From Macrostomum lignano (lineage: Eukaryota), in assembly GCA_002269645.1 (NCBI GenBank), contig NIVC01001415.1:32870-96869 (forward strand): DNA of 64,000 bases. The letters are read 5' to 3'. Below the pieces are notes generated by a model, which saw nothing but the letters and a program-made list of their open reading frames with translations, had not been told where the DNA came from and did not search any database. Of the stretch, positions 1-11,600 are shown in pieces. Both the position numbers and the translations under genes were made by a program. Every line of letters starts with the position of its first letter. Within the stretch, counting starts at the first letter, position 1.

Positions 1-1107
1 ATCCTCAGTTGCTGGGCCAGCCTTCCAGATCCTCAGTTGCTGGGCCAGCCTTTCAGATCCTCAGTTGCTGGGCCAGCCTCCCAGAGTGTCAGTTGCCGGG
101 CCAGCCTTCCAGATCCTCAGTTGCTGGGCCAGCCTCCCAGAGCGTCAGTTGCTGGGCCAGCCTCCCAGATCCTCAGTTGCTTTGCCAGCCTCCCAGATCC
201 TCAGTTGCCGGGTCAGCTTCCTAGAGTGTCGTTGCTGGTCCAGCCTCCCAGAGTGTCAGTTGATGGGCCAGCCTCCCAGAGTGTTAGTTGCTGGGCCAGC
301 CTTCCAGATCTTCAGTTGCTGGTCCAGCCTCCCAGAGTGTCAGTTGATGGGCCAGCCTCCCAGAGTGTTAGTTGCTGGGCCAGTCTTCCAGATCCTCAGT
401 TGCTGGGCCAGCCTCCCAGATCCTCAGTTGCTGGGCCAGCCTCCTAGAGTGTCGTTGCTGGTCCAGCCTCCCAGATCCTCAGTTGCTGGGCCAGCCTCCC
501 AGAGTGTCAGTTGATGGGCCAGCCTCCCAGAGTGTTAGTTGCTGGGCCAGCCTTCCAGATCCTCAGTTGCTGGGCCAGCCTCCCAGATCCTCAGTTGCTG
601 GGCCAGCCTCCTAGAGTGTCGTTGCTGGTCCAGCCTCCCAGATCCTCAGTTGCTGGGCCAGCCTCCCAGAGTGTCAGTTGCTGGGCCAGCCTCCCAAAGT
701 GTCAGTTGTCGGGCCAGCCTCCCAAAGTGTCAGTTGTCGGGCCAGCCTCCCAGAGTGTCAGTTGCTGGGCCAGCCTGCCAGAGTGTCCAGCCTCCCAGAG
801 TGTCGTTGCTGGGTCAGCCTCCCAGAGTGTTAGTTGTTGGGCCAGCCTTCCAGATCCTCAGTTGCTGGGCCAGCCTCCCAGAGTGTCAGTTGTCGGGCCA
901 GCCTCCCAGATCCTCAGCTGCTGGGCCAGCCTCCCAGATCCTCAGCTGCTGGGCCAGCCTCCCAGAGTGTCAGTTGCTGGGCCAACCTCCCAAAGTGTCA
1001 GTTCTCGGGCCAGCCTCCCAGATCCTCAGTTGCTGGGCCAGCCTCCCAGATCCTCAGTTGCTGTGCCAGCCTCCCAAAGTGTCAGTTGTCGGGCCAGCCT
1101 CCCAGAT
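1..1107. repeat. 28-bp minisatellite (ATCCTCAGTTGCTGGGCCAGCCTCCCAG) in GBF1 intron
   Basis: Unit recurs at 1, 29, 57 and onward, with AGAGTG variants. The array continues off the window start. Confidence 0.95.
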
Positions 1108-1115
1108 GTTTAAAG

Positions 1116-4100
1116 CCGGCTTGTGTCTCATGCTGTCGTGGCGCAGGATCGCCAGCAAGACTCGTGCTGCATTGAGATCGAGGATCCCGCGCCAAAAGCT
1201 ACGGCAGAGCTGTCCGCAGCTGACCAGAGCGAGGCAGCTGAAGAGGCCGCCGAATTTTCTGCCACTCTGGCGGCGTCTTCGCGTGACCGCACGGTGTCGC
1301 TGACGGAGCCGGCCGGGCAGGATCAGGTGGATGCGGCGGAGGAGTCGATTGTGGCGGCTCCGGAGGCTTCTCCAAGCGTGGATGTTGCCGAGCAACCCGC
1401 TGCTACCATTGTTGAGACCGAGGCCGAGACGGAGGCGGAAGCGGAAGCGGAGGAATCTGGGGTATTGCAGCCTCTCTTAGCAGAGAAATCCGAGCAGCCA
1501 GGCGATCAACCGGCTAAGGATTATGTTAATCCTAAAGGGATCAGATTTACCGCAGGTAATTGGTATCGCTTTTTAATTTGAAGTTTAACATTTTAATGAT
1601 ATTTTAACCCGTTTTTTATCATTACCTGCGTGTCTAATCGGAATACCACAGAATCTGGAATGGAATGGCTGAATGCTGATTCACGATCCCACAATACCGA
1701 TCCCGAATCCTACAATGCTGATCCCGAATCCCACAATGCAGATCCATAATCCCACAATGCAGATCACGAGTCCAACAATGCAAATCCCGAATCTCACAAT
1801 GCAGATCCCGAATTCCACAATGCAGATCCCGAATTCCACAATGCAGATCCCGAGTCCCATAATGCAGATCCCGAATCCCATAGTATCAATCCCGAATCCC
1901 ACAATGCCGATCACGAATCCCACAATTCCTATCCCGAATCCCACAATGCCGATCACAAATCCCACAATGCCGATCACGAATCCCACAATGCTGATCCCGA
2001 ATACACAATTCCTATCCCGAATCCCACAATGCCGATCACGAATCCCACAATGCCGATCACGAATCCCACAATGCTGATCCCGAATACACAATTCCTATCC
2101 CGAATCCCACAATGCCGATCACGAATCCCACAATGCCGATCACGAATCCCACAAAGCCGATCACGAATCCTGAAAATCCTTCGCATAACAGAGTCGTCAG
2201 ACGCGGAAACGGCCGCTCCGCAGTCGGAGGACGTCTCCAACGCCGCCGCAGGTGCTGCTGGCCCCGCCGCCTCCTCGACTTTAGGCGTGGCGAACACCAA
2301 GCGGCAGCTGGGGCCGTACGGGCTGCTGAGCGTGCGCGAGATCTTCAAGCAGCTAATCGCCAACATGAACCCGCACGATCGGAGCAATACGGACGCGAAA
2401 ATGGAGACCTGTTTGAATCTGTTGGCCCAAGCCTTTGAAGTTGCCGCCGATAGCTTAGAGAAATGCGACTGCCTGCTGGAGCTGGTGCGGAGCGATCTGT
2501 GCAAGAATCTGGTGTCTGTGAGTTGCGGGGCTGGGCTAACTGCTTGATTTACGACGTACTATGCTTAGTGTGACAAGTCTGCGGGCTTGTGGGTTCAAGC
2601 CTGAAGACCGGCCACCTACCGGCAAAATCCACGTGGAGTACAAAGGCTGCCGAATTCGCCTGCCCGCAGCTGCTTCACTTCAGCGGCACCTCCGTGTTCG
2701 CCGCCTCCCTCCGGCTCGGCTACCTGATCTTCAGCTCGCTTCGCTGGCACCTGAAGTTCCAGCTGGAGCGGTACCTGACCCGCCTGATGGAGATCGTCAC
2801 CTCGGAGGGCAGCCGGGTGTCGTTTGACCACCGCGAGCTGGCTCTGGAATCGCTGGTACAGCTCTGGCGGGTGCCAGGCTTCGTTGCCGAGGTGTACCTG
2901 AACTACGACTGCGACCTGTACTGCTCCAGCCTGTTCAAGGACATCACCGAGCTGTTGTCCAAGAACGCCTTCAGCACCGGCGGCGGCATATTCAGCACGC
3001 ACTTGTTGTCGCTGGACGCTCTGCTAACCGTCATTGACTGCATCGAAGCCCACTGCAACGCCGCTGCCGCAGTGTCTGCCACCAAAGCCGCCGCATCGCA
3101 GAAGCAGCCTCAGCAGCAACAGCAGCAAAGCCAGCAGCTGTCATTAACACAAGCTTCCCTGACTACTGGCTACCAGGCTGCGTCAGCTCAGGCCGTTGCG
3201 GCCGCCCCAGCCTCCACGATATCGGCGATGTCATCGGCGATGATGTCACCAACATCGGTGGCCTCGGCGGACTCCTGCGACGTCAAGGAGCTGGCGCGCC
3301 GGCGCGAGCGCAAGAAGCTGCTGCAACAAGGCGCCGAATTGTTCAACAGAAATCCGGCTAAGGGGCTGGCGTTTCTTGGCGAACACAAGCTGCTGTACCC
3401 CAACTGTCCGGAGAGCGTGGCCGCCTTCCTGCGGGAGAATCCGAGCCTGGATAAGAAGGTTGGCGATTGACTTTGTGCCCAATCAGTTCCTCATTAGGAG
3501 TCATTATCACTCATTATCATTATGTGCCATCACCTCACCAGTCCCTCAATAGCTACCAGCATCTCCCAAAGCTTTCACTGCGTGCTCCACTCCCTCCCAT
3601 ATTCTCAGTTACTGGGCCAGCCTCCCATATCCTCAGTTACTGGGCCAGCCTCCCATATCCTCAGTTACTGGGCCAGCCTCTCAGATCCTCAGTTACTGGG
3701 CCAGCCTCCCAGATCCTCAGTTACTGGGCCAGCCTCCCAGATCCTCAGTTACTGGGCCAGCCTCCCAGATCCTCAGTTACTGGGCCAGCCTCTCAGATCC
3801 TCAGTTACTGGGCCGGCCTCCCAGATCCTCAGTTACTGGGCCAGCCTCCCAGAGTGTCAGTTGCTGGGCCAGCCTCTCAGATCCTCAGTTGCTGGGCCAG
3901 CCTCCCAGATCCTCAGTTGCTGGGCCAGCCTCCCAGATCCTCAGTTACTGGGCCAGCCTCCCAGAGTGTCAGTTGCTGGGCCAGCCTCCCAGATCCTCAG
4001 TAGCTGATCGCCCCACCCCAGATCCTCAGACTAAGCGCGTCCCCAGCCGCATGAGAACCGTCACCCCAGTGCAGTAACACATACCGGAACCAAAGGCATT

Positions 4101-7100
4101 GCGCAATTCTCTCCCTTCACCACCTGCAGGTACTCGGCGAGTTCATCAGCAAGAAGAAGCTGGCGCCAATTCTGCGCGCCTTCTGCCGCAGCTTCAACTT
4201 CGCCGGCCGACGAGTTGACGAGGCGCTTCGCGATTACCTGGAGACGTTCCGCCTGCCCGGTGAGGCGCCGCTCATCCAGCATGTGCTCGAGCACTTTGCC
4301 GACCACTGGCACAGCGCCAACGGCCACCCCTTTGCCAACGAAGACGCCGCCTACGTGCTGGCATACTCGGTGATCATGCTCAACACTGACCAGCACAATG
4401 CCAATGCGCGCAAGCAGAATCTGCCAATGACGCTCGATAATTTCAAGCGCAATTTGAAGGGCGTCAATGGCGGCAAGGACTTCGATCAGGACATGCTCGA
4501 GGCCATCTACATGACTATTAAGAATGACGAGATCGTCATGCCCAGCGAACAGACGGGCTTGGTTAAGGAGAACTACATGTGGAAGGTAACTGGTCTTGGG
4601 TTAGCTTGTTAGTTTTCAAGGATACCAGTGCTCAAGATTGGACACCCACTCCCCCAGTGCTCAAGATTGGACACCCACTCACCCAGTGCTCAAGATTGGA
4701 CACCACTCTCACTCAGTGCTCAAGATTGGACACCCACTCCCCCAGTGCTCAAGATTGGACACCCACTCACCCAGTGCTCAAGATTGGACACCACTCTCAC
4801 TCAGTGCTCAAGATTGGACACCCACTCCCCCAGTGCTCAAGATTGGACACCCACTCCCCCAGTGCTCAAGATTGGACACCCACTCCCCCAGTGCTCAAGA
4901 TTGGACACCCACTCACCCAGTGCTCAAGATTGGACACCACTCTCACTCAGTGCTCAAGATTGGACACCCACTCCCCAAGTGCTCAAGATTGGACACCCAC
5001 TCCCCCAGTGCTCAAGATTGGACACCCACTCCCCCAGTGCTCAAGATTGGACACCCACTCACCCAGTGCTCAAGATTGGACACCACTCTCACTCAGTGCT
5101 CAAGATTGGACACCACTCTCACTCAGTGCTCAAGATTGGACACCACTCTCACTCAGTGCTCAAGATTGGACACCCACTCTCCCAGTGCTCAAGATTGGAC
5201 ACCCACTCACCCAGTGCTTAAGATTGGACACCCACTCACCCAGTGCTCATGATTGGACACCCACTCTCCCAGTGCTCAAGATTGAGTTTTGCTATCTTAC
5301 TGTCGCTCCCAACCCCCCCCCCCCCCTAGCTCATCCTGCGCCGCGGCTCAACCGAGCAGGCCAGCTTCATTCGCGCACCAGTGGGGCAGTTGGACCTGGA
5401 CCTGTTCAACCTAATCTGGGGGCCCACCGTGGCCGCGCTGTCGCACGTGTTCGATAAGACAGCCGACGAGGCCATAGTGGTGCCCAAGGCGATATCCGGT
5501 TTCAGAAAGTGCGCCATGATCTCCGCTCACTACGGCCTCACCGATGTCTTTGATAACATAATCATTTCGCTGTGCAAGTTCACCGGGCTGCTGAGCTCGG
5601 TTGAGGTAAAATTTACACAGATTTTATCGGCAATGTTTGAGTGCAGTTCGAGCTCATGGCGGTGCAAAAATCTATTTTAGAGCCCCGACAACATAGCGGT
5701 GCAATTTGGCGGCAACATCAAAGCCCAGCTGGCCGCCAAGACTGTCTGCGGCCTGACCCATCGGCACGGCGATATTCTCAGGGAGGGCTGGAAAAACCTG
5801 CTGGACTGCATGCTGCACCTGTACAAGGCTCGGCTGATGCCGGACTCGCTAGTTGAAGTCAAGGACTTCATTCACCCATCTGGAAAGATTCGCCTCATTA
5901 AGGAGGAGACCACCAACACGAATAGGTGAGCTGGCGTAAATGAGTCTGGGTTTATCACTTCTCGAACAAAAAAATTTTGTTTGGCAGTCACCTTATTGTC
6001 TCTCTTGACGCCCATCCTTTCTTGACTGTCCGTCTAAAAATAGAATCTGACATCATCCCCAATGGTCTAAAAATAGAATCTGACATCATCCCCAATGGTC
6101 TAAAAATAGAATCTGACATCATCCCAAATGGTCTAAAAATAGAATCTGACATCATCCCCAATGGTCTAAAAATAGAATCTGACATCATCCCCAATGGTCT
6201 AAAAATAGAATCTGACATCATCCCCACTGGTCTAAAAATAGAATCTGACATTATTTTTAAAACCCTCTCTTCTACACACTGCATTATTAACAGGCAAGAG
6301 ACGGGCGTGTTCTCCAGCCTGTACATGTCGCTGTTCTCAGACACTAGCAGCTCCAGGGCGGCCCTATCCGAGGAGCTGGCCGCCCGTCAGCGCGCCGCCG
6401 AATGCATTCGCGAATGCCAGCTGGAGCAGCTGGTTCAGGACACGAAATTTCTGCGCATGGATTCGTTGAGCGAATTAGTAAAGGATCTGATCTTTGCCGT
6501 GCAGGACAATTACCAGTCCAGGGACCTGCTGTCAGACGGGCACAGCTACGCTGTTCTGGACGAGGACGCCTGCGTGTTCTACTTTGAACTGCTCATGCAG
6601 GTGCTGCTGCAGAATCGGGACCGGCTCGGCCCGCTCTGGTCATCCGTGCGGAGCTACTTCTACAATGTATTGATTGGCAGCACCGAGTCCTCCTTCCTGC
6701 TGGAGCGCTCCATTGTGGGCCTGATCCGGCTGGGGCACCGGCTGCTGCACAGGGAGGACATGTCCGCCCAGGTCTGCATGCTGTGTGTTCTTGTCTGTCT
6801 GCCTGCCTGCCTGCCTGTCTGTCTCAGTGTCTGTCTGCCTGCCTGTCTTAGTGTCTGTCTGCCTGACTGTCTTAGTGTCTGTCTGCCTGTCTGTCTGCCT
6901 GCCTGCCTGTCTCAGTGTCTGTCTGCCTGCCTGTCTTAGTGTCTGCCTGTCTGCCTGTTTTAGTGTCTGTCTGCCTGTCTGTCTGCCTGCCTGCCTGTCT
7001 CAGTGTCTGTCTGCCTGCCTGTCTTAGTGTCTGTCTGCCTGCCTGTCTGCCTGCCTGCCTGCCTGTCTGCCTGCCTGTCTCAGTGTCTGCCTGCCTGCCT

Positions 7101-8582
7101 GTCTTAGTGTCTGTCTGCCTGTCTGTCTGTCTGCCTGCCTGTCTTAGTGTCTGCCCGCCTGCCTGTCTCAGTGTCTGTCTGCCTGCCTGTCTTAGTGTCT
7201 GCCTGCCTGCCTGTCTTAGTGTCTGTCTGCCTGTCTGTCTGCCTGCCTGCCTGTCTCAGTGTCTGTCTGCCTGCCTGTCTTAGTGTCTGTCTGCCTGCCT
7301 GCCTGTCTCAGTGTCTGTCTGCCTGCCTGTCTTAGTGTCTGTCTGCCTGCCTGCCTGTCTCAGTGTCTGTCTGCCTGCCTGTCTTAGTGTCTGCCTGTCT
7401 TAGTGTCTGTCTGCCTGCCTGTCTGCCTGCCTGCCTGTCTCAGTGTCTGCCTGCCTGCCTGTCTTAGTGTCTGTCTGCCTGTCTGTCTGCCTGCCTGCCT
7501 GTCTCAGTGTCTGTCTGCCTGCCTGTCTGCCTGCCTGCCTGTCTCAGTGTCTGCCTGCCTGTCTGTCTTAGTGTCTGTCTGCCTGTCTGTCTGCCTGCCT
7601 GCCTGTCTCAGTGTCTGTCTGCCTGCCTGTCTTAGTGTCTGTCTGCCTGTCTGTCTGTCTGCCTGCCTGTCTTAGTGTCTGTCTGCCTGCCTGTCTTAGT
7701 GTCTGTCTGCCTGCCTGTCTTAGTGTCTGTCTGCCTGCCTGTCTTAGTGTCTGTCTGCCTGCCTGTCTTAGTGTCTGTCTGCCTGTCTGTCTGTCTGCCT
7801 GCCTGTCTGTCTGTCTGCCTGCCTGTCTTAGTGTCTGTCTGCCTGCCTGTCTTAGTGTCTGTCTGCCTGCCTGTCTTAGTGTCTGTCTGCCTGTCTGTCT
7901 GCCTGCCTGCCTGTCTCAGTGTCTGCCTGCCTGCCTGTCTTAGTGTCTGTCTGCCTGTCTGTCTGTCTGCCTGCCTGTCTTAGTGTCTGTCTGCCTGTCT
8001 GTCTGTCTGCCTGCCTGTCTTAGTGTCTGTCTGCCTGCCTGTCTTAGTGTCTGTCTGCCTGTCTGTCTGTCTGCCTGCCTGTCTTAGTGTCTGTCTGCCT
8101 GCCTGTCTTAGTGTCTGTCTGCCTGCCTGTCTTAGTGTCTGCCTGTCTTAGTGTCTGTCTGCCTGTCTGTCTGCCTGCCTGCCTGTCTCAGTGTCTGTCT
8201 GCCTGCCTGTCTTAGTGTCTGTCTGCCTGTCTGTCTGCCTGCCTGCCTGTCTCAGTGTCTGTCTGCCTGCCTATCTTAGTGTCTGTCTGCCCGTCTGTCT
8301 GTCTGCCTGCCTGTCTTAGTGTCTGTCTGCCTGTCTGTCTGCCTGTCTGTCTGCCTGCCTGCCTGTCTCAGTGTCTGCCTGCCTGCCTGTCTTAGTGTCT
8401 GTCTGCCTGCCTGTCTGTCTGCCTGCCTGTCTTAGTGTCTGCCCGCCTGCCTGTCTTAGTGTCTGTCTGCCTGTCTGTCTGCCTGTCTGTCTGCCTGCCT
8501 GCCTGTCTCAGTGTCTGCCTGCCTGCCTGTCTTAGTGTCTGCCTGCCTGCCTGTCTTAGTGTCTGTCTGCCTGTCTGTCTGT

Positions 8583-8663
<81 letters not shown>

Positions 8664-11600
8664 TGTCTGTCTGTCTGTCTGTCTCTCTGTCTCTCTGCCG
8701 GTCTGTCGGTCTGTCTATTCATTCACCTGTTCTTAAGTGTCTACCTGTACTTCGCACCTGTATTTCCTTCCCATCGCAAAAGCCACATAACTAGGCTTGA
8801 CTTCCTGAACTCCCCCCCCCCCAACCGCAGGTGTTCAGCTGCCTGCGCCTGCTGATCCTGGCCAAGCCGTCAATCCTGCACTCGGTCTGCCGGCAGGTTG
8901 TGTACGGCCTGCACGACCTCATCAACACGCACGCCCAGTCGGTGCACAGCGAAGCGGACTGGCGCATTCTGTTCGCTCTGCTGGAGGTCTGTGGCGCTGG
9001 GGCGCTGCCGTCTCTCGTCTACCGGGCTGAGGTCGCCTCCAGCCTGCCAGAGGGCTTCGGGCCAGCGGCTCAGCAGCAGCAGATTGGCGTGGAGGCTGGT
9101 AGGCTGAAATTTTTAGTAGTGTGTTGACTCATTTGGGTGGGTTGCTGAATCATTCTGAGTAGGGTGCTGACTCATTCTAAGTAGGGTGCTGGCTCATTCT
9201 GAGTAGGGTGTTGACTCATTCTGGATTGAGTGCTGACTCACTCTGGGTTGAGTGCTGACTGATTCTATCTAGGGTGCTGACTCATTCTGGGTTGAGTGCT
9301 GACTCATTCTGAGAAGGGTGCTGACTCATTCTGGCTAGGATGCTGACTCATTCTGGCTAGGATGCTGACTCATTCTGAGTAGGGTGCTGACTCATTCTGG
9401 CTAGGATGCTGACTCATTCTGAGTAGGGTGCTGACTCATTCTGGCTAGGATGCTGACTCATTCTGAGTAGGGTGCTGACTCATTCTGGCTAGGATGCTAA
9501 CTCATTCCGGCTAGGGTGCTGACTCATTCTGGGTTGACTGCTGACTCATTCTGAGTAGGGTGCTGACTCATTCTGGCTAGGATGCTGACTCATTCTGAGT
9601 TGAGTGCTGACTCATTCTGAGTAGGGTGCTGACTCATTCTGGCTAGGATGCTGACTCATTCTGGATTGAGTGCTGACTCACTCTGGGTTGAGTGCTGACT
9701 CATTCTGAGAAGGGTGCTGACTCATTCTGGGTTGAGTGCTGACTCATTCTGAGAAGGGTGCTGACTCATTCTGGCTAGGATGCTGACTCATTCTGAGTTG
9801 AATGCTGACTCATTCTGAGTAGGGTGCTGACTCATTCTGGCTAGGATGCTAACTCATTCCGGCTAGGGTGCTGACTCATTCTGGGTTGACTGCTGACTCA
9901 TTCTGAGTAGGGTGCTGACTCATTCTGGCTAGGATGCTGACTCATTCTGAGTTGAGTGCTGACTCATTCTGAGTAGGGTGCTGACTCATTCCGGCTAGGG
10001 TGCTGACTCATTCTGGGTTGAGTGCTGACCCACTCCGATCTCCGCGCTTGTTGCCAGACCTGGCCTCCAGCGACGGCCGAGCATCGCCGGCCTCAACCAA
10101 CGCCGACCGACCAAGCGGCCGCGGCTACACCAGCGACTCCGAGCTGTACGACGCTAACAAGCGAGTCGGCAGCGGCGGCGGCTCCGGCGGCGATCGGGAC
10201 GTCCGCATGGACCCGAGCACGGGCAGCTGGGTGCTGGTGGACCGCGACATGTCCGCCTCAGCCCAGGACGTGTCCGGCCCCGCCTCGTCTGCCGGCTCGT
10301 CAGCTGGAGCCACTGCGGCGGCGGCTGCGGCCACGGTGGCTGCTGGCACGGGCGGGTACGACGGCCAGCGATCGGACAGCAGCCCACTGGTTCACCAGGT
10401 TGGTTTGGTGACTTGGATTGGTTTGGGCTGTGGGGAAATCTGCAATAAGTCAATAGAGTCCTCCTGAAAGGAGAATCCTCCCCTATCCACCCACGTCAGA
10501 ATGCTCCTGTGTCTGCCCCGAGATCCTGCATCCGCTCTCGATAATCCTCTATCAGCCCATGAGAATCCTTCATCCGGCCATAGAATTCTACACCCGCCCC
10601 TAAGAATCCTACATCCGCCCCTAAGAATCCTACATCCGCCCCTAAGAATCCTACATCCGCCCCTAAGAATCCTACATCCGCCCACGAGAATCCTAGACAG
10701 TATGCATCGAAAGTATCGATTCAAACCAGTCTATAAACGATGAGTTTTTCGCCAACTCCGCCATGCAGGTGATGCAGAACTGCCCTCCGGTGAACCAGTA
10801 CAGCATCGCTTTGCAAGAGGACCTTCGGCATCACGACACTAAAGCTCTGGTGCGCGCCTGCGAGACTCTTAGCTTTGTCATCCGGGACTCGGCCCACGTC
10901 ACCCCGGCCAACTTCGAGTCCTGCATCCACGCACTGCGCGTCTTCATCGAGGCCTCGCTGCACGGCGGCCGGAGCCGGCGCCGCAGCTTCCGCTCGCAGC
11001 TTCATCAGCGAATGCAGGTGCAGATAAGGCTGGTCGTAATAAATGTTGAAAATCCTTACAGTAAAATATATATATAGTATTCGTAGGTCCTATTCTGCAG
11101 GATTCCTTAAAGCCATCAGATGTCCCATCTGTCCCCAAGATTAACCCCAGTCGCCCCCAAGATCATCACCATCCGCCTCAAGAATCCGCCCCCAATAATC
11201 CTCCCCCATTCGCCTCGACTCCTCTCTCAACCCTCCAAGATTCCATCCTCATCCGCCCCTAAGAAATCTCCCCCATTCGCCCCAAAGAATCCTCCCTCAT
11301 CCTTCCGATTCCTCTCTCATCCGCCCCCAAGAATCCTCTCATCCGCCCCCAAGAATCCTCTCATCCGCCCCCAAGAATCCTCTTATCCGCCCCCAAGAAT
11401 CCTCTCGTCCGCCCCCAAGAATCCTCTTATCCTCCCGACTCCTCCTCCGCTCCCAAATTGAGCACGAGAATTGCCCGTGAGCGAATTGCCCGTCGAGATT
11501 TGCCCTTCCAGAAAACCCTCCCAAATCCGCCCCTGGAGCCGCCGCTCACCCATTGTCCTCTCCGTCAAAATGCTGCCAGGAGCGGCGCATGGCAGCCGCG

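Noticed and set aside
9-1113. ORFs in the 28-bp arrays (also 3467-4007, 13412-14279) and other intronic repeats
   Set aside because: Periodic translations of minisatellites lying inside GBF1 introns.
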